DNA of 64,000 nucleotides from Mayamaea pseudoterrestris (taxonomy: Eukaryota): assembly GCA_027923505.1 (NCBI GenBank), contig BROI01000002.1:310001-374000 (forward strand), given 5' to 3'. The position numbers were made by a program, and so were the translations under genes. Under the pieces are notes generated by a model. It saw nothing but the letters and a program-made list of their open reading frames with translations. It was not told the DNA's origin and made no database searches. This document shows positions 12,329-22,287 of this stretch, piece by piece; position 1 is the stretch's first letter; every line of letters starts with the position of its first letter.

Positions 12329-13051
12329 ATGCTATATTCAATAATCCTACCAACCTACAATGAGCGAGAGAATCTACCCATCATTGTCTATCTCATTCAC
12401 CGAACCTTTTCAACACTCCCCCAGGACGACTACGAAGTCATCATTGTCGACGACTCTTCGCCCGACGGAACACTTGCAGTTGCCGAACGACTCCAGCGAG
12501 AATTCAAGCAGCACATTCAAATTGTGTCACGACCCGGCAAGCTGGGACTGGGGACGGCCTACGCGGCTGGCTTGAAAGTTTCCAGCACCAAGAGCCGTCG
12601 CATCATTCTCATGGACGCGGACCTTTCGCACCATCCAAAGTTTATTCCCAACATGATTCACAAAATGAACGAAACGCACTGCCACGTGGTTTCCGGAACG
12701 CGCTACGCTGCGGAGGGAGGTGTGGTTGGCTGGGACTTGCGGCGCAAAGTCATGAGTCAGGGTGCCAACGTATTGGCCGATATATTGCTGCAGCCGGGCA
12801 ACAAGACGAGCGACTTGACGGGAAGCTTTCGCTTGTATCAAAAAGACGCGCTGAAAAGCATTTTGCCTCGAGTGACTTGCAAAGGCTACGCCTTTCAAAT
12901 GGAGATTATCATCTTGGCGCAGCGCGCTGGATACAAGATTGAGCAAGTGCCAATTACTTTCGTGGATCGCTTGTATGGGGAATCCAAACTTGGCACCAAG
13001 GAGATTGTCTTGTATCTCAAGGGATTGGTGACCTTGTTTCTGACGACGTAG
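12329..13051 (+). CDS. DPM1: Dolichol-phosphate mannosyltransferase catalytic subunit (GT2)
   Basis: [81 protein letters not shown]. No C-terminal TM, as in the human-type DPM1. Confidence 0.97.
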   Translation: MLYSIILPTYNERENLPIIVYLIHRTFSTLPQDDYEVIIVDDSSPDGTLAVAERLQREFKQHIQIVSRPGKLGLGTAYAAGLKVSSTKSRRIILMDADLSHHPKFIPNMIHKMNETHCHVVSGTRYAAEGGVVGWDLRRKVMSQGANVLADILLQPGNKTSDLTGSFRLYQKDALKSILPRVTCKGYAFQMEIIILAQRAGYKIEQVPITFVDRLYGESKLGTKEIVLYLKGLVTLFLTT

Positions 13052-13817
13052 CTAAATGATTGGCGACGAGTTGTAGCTCGCTAAAGAGCCGTATGCTGCA
13101 CGCGACGGCAGGGCGATTGGGACGAGGACGGCAGACGCGACGAATGGAAAGAATCACTTTGATCAAGTGATATCAGAAATACGCAGTTATAGTTACGATT
13201 GCCTGCTCAGTAGTGAGTTCAGCCTTCTATTGCTCCTAGGTCTGTTCTTTGCTTGTTTTGACTGGCAAAGGTATCCGCACTGGCCAAGATATATGACTGC
13301 TTGGGCTTGTTCCACAGGCAGAACACGCAGCCGAACGATCGAGCTACCCATGGCATGCCTCTGCCATAGTCTGGTTTGTCGTCGAGCTTGTACTGGTCGT
13401 CAATGCTAGGATATCAAGCCCTCATTTGCGACGACGCCAGTGCCTGCAAGATTTCCCCCCACACTGGTCATATCGGACATATAACTTCAATCAGGCACTT
13501 GTTCCTTTCTATCAATACGCTTCCACGTTCTTCCTTCGCATTCCAACTGTACAATTACAATGACGCTCCACCTTCGCCACTGGTCATTCTCGGGAAATTT
13601 TACTCTTGTTATCGTCAACACGACCAGTGAAGTCAATCTTGCGTCGGAACGATAGTTATCGCTTCATTCGCCATACTGGTGGGGCATCATCGCAATCACT
13701 TTGTTCGGCTGAAGGCACTTGGAAAGCTTCGTCGGACCTTTTTCTTTTTCGCAAGCAACAACTGATCGCGCTATCTTCATAATCTTCACAACTTTAACAA
13801 AAGCATTCCATCAAAAA

Positions 13818-14909
13818 ATGAAGTCAACCATTCAACTACTACTTTGCTCGTCCCTCCTCGTTATTGAATCGAGCCAGGGACATTCCTCGGCGAATCTCCG
13901 AGGCCAAGGCACCATCGATATGGATCTTGCTGCCGAGCATGATTGGAGTCAAGACGATGCAGCCTTTCACAACTTTCATCCTAAGTACATTGAGCAAGAA
14001 ACTTTGGCTGGACGAACCGTCGACCTTGACGCCATGCCATGCGCAACCGAAAGTCCAACGCACGATGAAATGTCCCTCATGAACAAGGCTGTCACATCAT
14101 GGAAGCAAGATTTTCGCAACCGCAACCGACGACTAGCAGCAACATCCTACGACATTCAAGTCTACATGCACATTATCAAAAAGAGCCAGCAAGAAGGCGA
14201 CTTGAGCAAAAACAGTCAACGCAAGTTTCTCCGAAAGCTCAACAACAAGTTTTCCGCAACTCCCTTTACCTTTACACTCGCCAACGTTGATCGCATTGTC
14301 AACGAAAACTGGCACCTTGGCCAGGACGAGTCGGGCTTTAAAGCGGCGCTGCGCGTCAACGGCACCAACGTGCTCAACGTCTACGTGCTCAACACCAACG
14401 CCAAGGCGGCCGGAACGATTGGCTACTCGTACTTTCCACCCATTGTTTACTCGGGCGCCAATGTACTGGATGGCGTTGTCATTATGAATCCCGATATTCA
14501 AGTCAATGGCGCTCCAGTCTTTAACTCGCTCGCCGTGTTGAACGGTTTGGTGCATGAGGTTGGTCACTGGTTTGGACTCGCGCATACGTTCGAAGGAGGC
14601 TGCTCGGCGCAAGTCATTGACCAATGGAAGGGACAAGCCGACTACCAGATACGCTCGGATGGCATTAGCGACACGGCGGCGCACGCGGGTCCAACTTATG
14701 CCAGGCGAGATGGCTTCAACACGTGCTGGCAAAACATGCAGATTGAGTCATGCAGTGGAGTGGCGGGCGTCGATCGTGGCTATGAGCCAGTGGATAATAT
14801 GATGAACGTTATTCCTGGTCCCTGCTACGAGAAGTATGGAAGGTTTACGAGCGGGCAAGTGGAGCGAATGCTGATCCAGTACGAAACCTTTCGGCTGGCC
14901 AACGCATGA
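13818..14909 (+). CDS. Secreted metzincin, peptidase family M43 (pappalysin/ulilysin-like)
   Basis: Signal peptide MKSTIQLLLCSSLLVIESSQG; LNVY, GYSYFP, DGVVI; zinc motif HEVGHWFGLAHTFEGGC; DGISDT; probable Met-turn NMMN. Confidence 0.9.
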   Translation: MKSTIQLLLCSSLLVIESSQGHSSANLRGQGTIDMDLAAEHDWSQDDAAFHNFHPKYIEQETLAGRTVDLDAMPCATESPTHDEMSLMNKAVTSWKQDFRNRNRRLAATSYDIQVYMHIIKKSQQEGDLSKNSQRKFLRKLNNKFSATPFTFTLANVDRIVNENWHLGQDESGFKAALRVNGTNVLNVYVLNTNAKAAGTIGYSYFPPIVYSGANVLDGVVIMNPDIQVNGAPVFNSLAVLNGLVHEVGHWFGLAHTFEGGCSAQVIDQWKGQADYQIRSDGISDTAAHAGPTYARRDGFNTCWQNMQIESCSGVAGVDRGYEPVDNMMNVIPGPCYEKYGRFTSGQVERMLIQYETFRLANA

Positions 14910-15515
14910 GCGGCGGTGGCATGGTTGTTGTTGATGTTGTTGTACAAATTCATAATATAGATTCATTTTTGCAATTTTCAATACAGAACAATAGCAGACT
15001 AGCCGGTACCATGAGGCGCCATTGTTAAGGCAGGAGTACACGGGCCGCCAGATCATACAGTAGCTGCTTTGGAAGTCGTAGCATAGGACCAAGGAAGCAT
15101 AGTCTCGTCATGGTTCTGGTGTGTAATCCAGCTGGTCAAGAACTCTTTAAGCCTATCCAGTGACACGGGAAAGGAGCGTTTTGATGACGTTTTATCTACA
15201 GGCCGCTTTAACAGTCAAAGCATTCCTTGAGACATTCTCGACGCACTTTGGTCGTAGCTAGCGAAGGCGCATGACACGAACATATATATGATGCACGACA
15301 TATTGACATTCTTATACCGCACGTAAGGTCACTGGGATGAATGATGCCAGATTAGCACGAGTAGGATTTCTCCGAACTACCGGTAGACGAACATCCTCGA
15401 ACGTTCCAACTCGCGGCGATACCGTATAGCCTGACCTAAAAGTGGATCGTGGACTAACTATAAGACCTCTCGAATGTGGACGAAATGGTAGCTCACAATA
15501 CCCAAGTTTGATACC

Positions 15516-16142
15516 ATGACGAATAAAAGTTGCCATTGCAAGAATGAAGACAAGCCAACGACTTTTAAATCAGACGTATCCGCGATGATTGACGGCGATG
15601 TCGTTGTTAAAAGTAAGCCCACATCACTCGGTGCGAGAAGTTTTAGCGCCTTGGCAATCTCCCAGCTTTTCAAGGGTCTTAACTCTCGCTCGCTGAACCT
15701 CAGTATAAGCGGACATTCTTCCGAGTCAATGCCATCTGGCAGCTTGGTCGATATGCAAGTGAGCCGAAAGGACTCGCTTTATTTAGATCATTCTGAAGCC
15801 ACCGAAGCATCTCGCATCAGTATCTCAAACAAACTGCATGCCATTGGCGAGCCGACCCAAGATTACAATATTGCTCCTGCGTGTGCGTTAAAGCTTGGTG
15901 GAGTCACTTGGACCCGTACAAAAGAGCATGACAAGTACGCACAATTAAAGTTTGTTCCTCAGGACACAATTGTGTTGGTCCGACGAGCACCAGCTCGACA
16001 GACAAGCGTCCGAAAGGTCGCGCATGGCGCTACCAACAGCTTAATGGTAGAGCATCAACACAAGACTACCCTGCAGAGCCGACGCGCTGTACACAAACCA
16101 AGTGGACTGAGTAAAAGCTGCCACACGAGTCGCGCTGCTTGA
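15516..16142 (+). CDS. Hypothetical Ser-rich protein, paralogue A
   Basis: 208-aa ORF sharing the block GVTW...YAQLKFVPQDTIVLVRRAP with the next ORF. Confidence 0.6.
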   Translation: MTNKSCHCKNEDKPTTFKSDVSAMIDGDVVVKSKPTSLGARSFSALAISQLFKGLNSRSLNLSISGHSSESMPSGSLVDMQVSRKDSLYLDHSEATEASRISISNKLHAIGEPTQDYNIAPACALKLGGVTWTRTKEHDKYAQLKFVPQDTIVLVRRAPARQTSVRKVAHGATNSLMVEHQHKTTLQSRRAVHKPSGLSKSCHTSRAA

Positions 16143-16640
16143 GCACGACGTTGTGACCCTTTTTGGCATCTTTGACGGCCAACAAACTAATTGGGCAGGA
16201 GAAAACCTCATTAACCAGTAAGACAGTTTTTATATGCATACCGATACGTGATGTACTTTCTGTATCTTGGTCAGTCGTCGCAATAAATCAAACTACCGCG
16301 GTAGCTTCAGTTCTGTCACGGTGGGACACTACGACCAGCAAGAACGTTTGCGTTCCCCCTCACAGGTGAATCAGATGCAATTCCATGGAACCCCGACAAC
16401 GAGAGAAGTTCGACACTGGTTTCATTACTGATTTACGCTATCCGTAACGAGGAAGGACAAGCCAGATGTTCCTGTTGGCGTACGCATCTCTCGCACTTAT
16501 CGTACTTGTCGCGCTAAGGAACTGTTCTGTTCCAGTGACATTTGACGATTGGCCATTTTGCAAACATCAGTCAGTGACATAAATTTCATCGCTAGTCCCA
16601 CTTGATCATACTTGCTCTTTATCAAACACAATAAACAACC

Positions 16641-17309
16641 ATGACAAGACATTGCAACATTTACGAGCGACGCGACAGTCTCTCATCGAACCACAGTTCC
16701 TGCTCAACAATGCTGCTCGATGATTGCTCTGCCAAGCTAAAAGATAGTCAGCAAGTGCGACGCGGAAGCTCTCACTTGTCCAAACTGCTCCGGAGCTTTA
16801 GTTCACGTGGATTGGGCATGAACTGCAGTAGCCATTCCACCAAAACGACAAGCTCCGATGACAGTCTCACGGTAGACATGTTGCTGACTGATAGTGCTGA
16901 CGAATTAAGCGACGACGGACGTCTGCTAAATTTCAGCGCCAACGAATGCTCCAATGACTCGTGCAATACCACGGCGTCACAAGGCTCGGCTGAAACTGAC
17001 GGCAAATGGAAAGTTAGCGGAGTTCAGTGGAAGTCCGCCAAGGGAGGCGACCAGATGTATGTCCAACTGCACATTGTCCCCCAAGAAACCATTGTTTTGG
17101 TCCGACGAGCACCCCAGCGGCGCCGAAGCAGCATTCGAAGGGTTGTACGCACTACAAGCAGCTCTAGCTCCGACGAAAGGTCGGACGATGGGCTTGACAG
17201 CAAGCAACGATTGCTTCGTTCCAAGGGAACCCGCACACTTGGCCAACGTCAGCGATCGCAAACGAATTTGCAAGCGCGACGACGTATAGTACGCGAGGAC
17301 TCTCTATAA
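16641..17309 (+). CDS. Hypothetical Ser/Arg-rich protein, paralogue B
   Basis: 222-aa ORF with ACC-ATG start; GVQW...YVQLHIVPQETIVLVRRAP block homologous to the previous ORF. Confidence 0.65.
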   Translation: MTRHCNIYERRDSLSSNHSSCSTMLLDDCSAKLKDSQQVRRGSSHLSKLLRSFSSRGLGMNCSSHSTKTTSSDDSLTVDMLLTDSADELSDDGRLLNFSANECSNDSCNTTASQGSAETDGKWKVSGVQWKSAKGGDQMYVQLHIVPQETIVLVRRAPQRRRSSIRRVVRTTSSSSSDERSDDGLDSKQRLLRSKGTRTLGQRQRSQTNLQARRRIVREDSL

Positions 17310-17653
17310 AGCTTAAACATTTATATTTACTGGATTGGCAACAGTTACTGACCGGCTAGTTATAACATGTCACATGCAATTAGTAGAGTAGCATTGTGAA
17401 CGCCTAGCGCAGGGCCAGGCAAGTCGCCTGTTTGCAGCGCGACATCGTGGAAGCCCCAACTGCAAGGCTGACGATTTCGCACGAGTGAAAGTGTCGCGCC
17501 AAATGTCGCAAAACGAAAGTGCCGACCATCAACGCATGTTGATGGTGGCCAGGTTTCCATGCCAGTTTTTCCAATAGATTCTTGCATAGGGGCTCCTTGC
17601 TTGCATCATACATCGCAACTGAGGGACCAAGCCAGATAAGCAAAAGATTCACA

Positions 17654-20389
17654 ATGGTATTTTCAAGCAGAATAAGCGCGTCACTTTTATTCTTTGGCTG
17701 GCTTGTGAGAGCACACGATTCTTTAACGACAAGCAACAGCCATTGGCATCACGATCATGAGGATCCAATTCTACACCATCGAAACCTTCAAAACGACCCT
17801 TGCACTGCCTCCAAAGCCGATGCTACAGTGTTTGATTATCCTGGAAGTTCGGACCTCTTTTACTTGAAGCCATCATATTTTGAAGGTTGCGTCGAATCTA
17901 TCGAAATGTTCGACAACGGCACGAGGATGCTTGATCATCTGGACGGCTTGTTTAGCGTCTTTTCCGAGTATCATTCCTTCTTTGACATTTCCAAAGATCC
18001 TGCAGCCAGTGATCCACTCGTGTATGGAGCGGAACATGGCTATCAAGTCTATGGCGAAAACTCTGGCAAGGTGGATTTGCTGCAAGGCTTCCTCGACATT
18101 TACAACGACATTGTTGATACTGGAGTCGCAGGACAAGCAACATTTTGGAATATTTCATCCCTCGTAAACCAGCTTCGCGATGCGCATATTCAGCTCCAAC
18201 TCGCTTCTTTGTTTCCATACGCTCCAATGTATTTGGTTGCCAATCGAATCGTTGAATACAATGGAATTTCAATCATGGTACCAACCTTTTCCATCGACAA
18301 GAATTCAAATCTGCAACTAAAGCTACAATTCCGCTACGACGACAACAATGTTGAAGAGGCAGCTGTGTCTACAATCAATGGCAAGTCGGTGCACGACTTC
18401 ATGGTTGATTTGGCCAACGAACCGGCCTTGCCGTTGGGCTATCAGTCACTTGGCGCACGAATCAACGACCTGATGACAACCTTCAAGCTCTTCAACTTTC
18501 CGTTTGGTACATTGCCTGTTTCCGGTAGGCCTTCTGATGTTTTGCCAGATAGCTTCAAAGTTGTTTATCAGGATGGCACGTCGGAAAACTTTTATTCAAC
18601 CATTGCCATTGCCGACTCTGGGTTCGGCGATTTCTTTTCACTGGATGCTTCGAGCGGCAACACTTTCTCCGTCAATCGCACGTATTGGGAGATCTACGCA
18701 ATCTTGCCTGGTAATCTGCGATATAATTACGATGTTGCGTTTAACCAAATTACTTCCGCGCCGCCGCTGTTATCGCCGGACGACGGAGGTCGGCGCATGA
18801 CAGTCAAGGACAGTACCATCCATTACAAGCATTTCAATTCTAAAACGAGAAAAATGCAGGAAAAGGATAATTTTGTGTTTGACGAAGTCGTCAGTGTTCC
18901 GCCGCTGTCAGGGTTAAACGGAACGAATGTGGCAGCGTTTAAAATTGAGAATGACTATGCAATTTTGAAGCTGCCGTCCTTCGCCATGCTCCCAAATCAG
19001 ACGGCAAACATTTACTACCAAGTTGCACAGGCGGCCAAGGCAGCCGGAGTGAAAAAACTCATGATCGATGTTTCCGACAATGGTGGTGGAGTTGCCATGT
19101 CGGGTCTCACGCTCGCCCATTTGATGTATCCGTCGCTGGACTTTTTGACCTGGTTCCGCGGGCGCTGGAGCGCACGGTACAACTCGCAAATGATGGCGTT
19201 TAAGGACAACGTCTTTCCTATTGTTGTGGAGCTCCTTGCTCTCTTGGAAAATTCGAAAAATACGTCTGATCTCTCTGAATTCCAATTGTCATTGGGTAAT
19301 ATTACGGCGGATGCTATCGACACGGCTACAGTGACAGTGAACAACATGCAGGGCCTTTGTCCAAGCGAAGGACTTGCCTGTGTTCAGCTCCTTCCAAATC
19401 TCACGCTAGCCATGTCAAATTTCGGTACATTGCAATCGCCAGAAAACCTTTTTGACTTGGTGCTTCAATTCTATTTCGTTCTTGCGTACATTAATCCGTG
19501 GACTGTGGGAATCTCGTCGGCTGATCCGAATGAGCTTGCTGTCTTTGTCAGCGATACAACGTTGGAGCAAATAAACTATGGCGGATCTATCGTGAATATG
19601 ACTGACCGGTTTGACCTTTCGCTCGGAGGTGACTTCCTCAACCCGACACTTGAGGAAATTGCAGATATAGTAGCGAAAACAACAATTCGACTCGGCGATT
19701 TCACCTTTGACAAGTTTGTCATCGTCTCTAACGGACTAGCTGGGTCAACGACGGCCCTGTTCACGACGAGCGTTCAACAAATTTGGAACAACCGCGACCA
19801 GTCGGGTGTCACGCAACCACTCACGACGATAGCCTATGGCGGATCCGGCAAGGTTGACGATATTGCAATGACTGGATTTCCGGCAGCCATTGAAAATGTC
19901 AATCTCGACTATCCGCTCGTGACAAACGCTGCGTTGTACGCATTGGAAGCAATTTTCTCTGGCAATGCCGACTACTATGCCTTTATCAATTCCGCTAGGA
20001 CCACCTACGACAATGTGTTGGGAGCGCCGCCATACTACTCCAGAACGGTACCGACCCTTCCAGTGGTCACCTACTATGACACGTTCATGGGACCAAATGC
20101 GCTGCCAATGCAGTACATTTACATCCCACCGAATATATATATTGCTAAGATTTACACGAGTGTGTCAATCGAAGATGGATCCGACTTGGAAGCCTTGTAC
20201 TTGACAGCGTCCAAGTACTTTTCCTCCAACAGCAGCGGTAGTGGTGGTAGCAGCAGCAATGGCGGCGGTTCCGTAATTGTTGGCGGCGGTAGTGGCAGCA
20301 GCAGTGGAGCTTCCTCAATGATTACGCTCGCCAAGACAACGTTTGTTTCGGCTACTGCTGGCTTGCTGTGTTTGTTCTTGATGTTTTAA
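17654..20389 (+). CDS. Secreted, probably GPI-anchored S41/CPAF-like serine peptidase
   Basis: Signal peptide from ATG 17654; LRDAH, YAILKLPSF, KKLMIDVSDNGGG (S41 signature), VIVSNGLAGSTT (probable catalytic Ser region); G/S linker then hydrophobic C-terminus. Confidence 0.78.
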   Translation: MVFSSRISASLLFFGWLVRAHDSLTTSNSHWHHDHEDPILHHRNLQNDPCTASKADATVFDYPGSSDLFYLKPSYFEGCVESIEMFDNGTRMLDHLDGLFSVFSEYHSFFDISKDPAASDPLVYGAEHGYQVYGENSGKVDLLQGFLDIYNDIVDTGVAGQATFWNISSLVNQLRDAHIQLQLASLFPYAPMYLVANRIVEYNGISIMVPTFSIDKNSNLQLKLQFRYDDNNVEEAAVSTINGKSVHDFMVDLANEPALPLGYQSLGARINDLMTTFKLFNFPFGTLPVSGRPSDVLPDSFKVVYQDGTSENFYSTIAIADSGFGDFFSLDASSGNTFSVNRTYWEIYAILPGNLRYNYDVAFNQITSAPPLLSPDDGGRRMTVKDSTIHYKHFNSKTRKMQEKDNFVFDEVVSVPPLSGLNGTNVAAFKIENDYAILKLPSFAMLPNQTANIYYQVAQAAKAAGVKKLMIDVSDNGGGVAMSGLTLAHLMYPSLDFLTWFRGRWSARYNSQMMAFKDNVFPIVVELLALLENSKNTSDLSEFQLSLGNITADAIDTATVTVNNMQGLCPSEGLACVQLLPNLTLAMSNFGTLQSPENLFDLVLQFYFVLAYINPWTVGISSADPNELAVFVSDTTLEQINYGGSIVNMTDRFDLSLGGDFLNPTLEEIADIVAKTTIRLGDFTFDKFVIVSNGLAGSTTALFTTSVQQIWNNRDQSGVTQPLTTIAYGGSGKVDDIAMTGFPAAIENVNLDYPLVTNAALYALEAIFSGNADYYAFINSARTTYDNVLGAPPYYSRTVPTLPVVTYYDTFMGPNALPMQYIYIPPNIYIAKIYTSVSIEDGSDLEALYLTASKYFSSNSSGSGGSSSNGGGSVIVGGGSGSSSGASSMITLAKTTFVSATAGLLCLFLMF

Positions 20390-20793
20390 GTGTACTGCAA
20401 TGATAAATGACATAAAAGTATAACAATAGACAACCCCTCTTTGTCACATGATGGATTTTTGAAGGAGTTTAGCTTTTTAAAGCAACGTGAGGCTAGCTAA
20501 GATTCATAACCGGTGCGATTTTCTGAGATCGCCAGAATGAAATCGACGCGCGCATCACCATGGGAAATCTTGAGCCGTAACAACATCGATAGGCGGCTTG
20601 ATTTTCGGACCAAGTGAAGAGTGCGACATTGGAGATCAACTAGATAGCATTTGCTGCTAGCGCTTAAACCTATTTTTACTCCAAGATAGACAACGACGAG
20701 GCCACAGCAAGCGCAAGCCCCATCTACTCGAGCGCCTTGCAAGGAACAACATTTTCCTTCTCCCAGCAACTCATCTTGGCATCAATTTCCATC

Positions 20794-22248
20794 ATGATAA
20801 TTCTGCTATATTTGATAATATTCATTGCTACGTTGCTCTTTTGGGTATACATGACGAGACGACGCAACGAGCAGAAACATTTGCCTCGTTCCTTTGGCTT
20901 TTTTCACCCCTTTTGCTCCAGTGGAGGAGGCGGCGAGCGAGTCCTATGGCACTTGATTCAAGTATTACTACAACAAGAAGAAAACATTCAGATTATTATA
21001 TATACAGTCGATAAACCTACTGAACATTACAAGACGGACTTGCTGCGCAAGATTGAAACGCAATTCTCCGTCTGCATCAAAGCGCCCGATACCATTGAGT
21101 TTGTGCACTTGCACCAGCATTTACACTTGCTGCAACCGGCGCAACGGTTCAGCATGCTCGTCGAGTCGTTCAACACCATGCGACTCGCCTATGTTGCATT
21201 GCAACGGCGCGTTCCACATGTTTGGGTCGATACGACTGGCTGCGCCTTTACCTATGGGGTGGCCAAGTGCTTGTTTCGCGTGCGCCACGTGTTGGCCTAT
21301 GTGCACTATCCAACGGTATCGACAGACATGCTGCAACTAGTGTATGAGCAGCGAAAGAGTCAATCAAGAGGAGCAGATAATAATATAAAGCATGCGCGCT
21401 CAACTGTATTGTCCATGATGCGCTCCATGATCAAGTGCATCTACTACTGCTTCTTTGCGCTCCTCTACAGTGTCATGGGCGGCTGTTTCTGCGATTGCGT
21501 CTTGGTCAATTCGACGTGGACCTACCATCACATGCACTCGCTGTGGTGGTACGCCGCCATGAGGCGTCGCATTAAGATTTGCTATCCGCCGTGTGGAACG
21601 TTGGATGGTAGCGTGCAAGTTGCCACAACACAATCTGCATCACTGCAATCACAATCTCAACAGTACATTATCAGCATTGGTCAGTTCCGGCCGGAGAAAA
21701 ATCACATGCTGCAGCTACAAGTCATGGCGGCGCTGCTGCGCAAGTACTCGGCACTGCAAGGCAAGGTGCAACTCGTCGTCATTGGCAGCTGCCGCAACCA
21801 GGCCGACAAGGATCGACTGGCGCAGCTACAAGCACTAGCCACGCAATTGCGACTAAATGAGCATGACGCAGTTACATTTGTTGTCAATGAACCATACGCG
21901 GTTGTTCAAAACTGGCTCAACAAGGCACGCGTCGGTTTGCATACCATGTGGAATGAGCACTTTGGCATTGGCATTGTGGAAATGATGGCGGCGGGTGTAA
22001 TCACCGTGGCGCATGACTCGGGTGGCCCGCAGAGTGATATAGTTGTGCCATGGAATGGTCAAGCCACTGGATTTTTGGCAACGACAGTGGACGATTATGT
22101 GGAGGCGATATACGATGCTCTCACCATGCCAGCTGACGCTGCCAGCCGAATGCGAGCAGCGGCACGAGCGTCGACGCGACGGTTCACGGATGCAGTCTTT
22201 GCCGAATCTATTGAAAAGCGGTTGCGAGAGGCGAAACTTATAAAGTGA
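20794..22248 (+). CDS. ALG11: GDP-Man:Man3GlcNAc2-PP-Dol alpha-1,2-mannosyltransferase
   Basis: N-terminal TM; GFFHPFCSSGGGGERVLW, YVHYPTVSTDML, VNSTWT, GQFRPEKNH, HTMWNEHFGIGIVEMMAAG, AHDSGGP. Confidence 0.97.
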   Translation: MIILLYLIIFIATLLFWVYMTRRRNEQKHLPRSFGFFHPFCSSGGGGERVLWHLIQVLLQQEENIQIIIYTVDKPTEHYKTDLLRKIETQFSVCIKAPDTIEFVHLHQHLHLLQPAQRFSMLVESFNTMRLAYVALQRRVPHVWVDTTGCAFTYGVAKCLFRVRHVLAYVHYPTVSTDMLQLVYEQRKSQSRGADNNIKHARSTVLSMMRSMIKCIYYCFFALLYSVMGGCFCDCVLVNSTWTYHHMHSLWWYAAMRRRIKICYPPCGTLDGSVQVATTQSASLQSQSQQYIISIGQFRPEKNHMLQLQVMAALLRKYSALQGKVQLVVIGSCRNQADKDRLAQLQALATQLRLNEHDAVTFVVNEPYAVVQNWLNKARVGLHTMWNEHFGIGIVEMMAAGVITVAHDSGGPQSDIVVPWNGQATGFLATTVDDYVEAIYDALTMPADAASRMRAAARASTRRFTDAVFAESIEKRLREAKLIK

Positions 22249-22287
22249 ATATGAAGTACTTCATAGTTATTAATATTTATTCAACAT

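Noticed and set aside
12329..22248. DPM1 and ALG11 near GPI-type proteins as a glycosylation gene cluster
   Set aside because: They are separated by unrelated genes, and two pathway genes within 10 kb of a compact genome is weak evidence.
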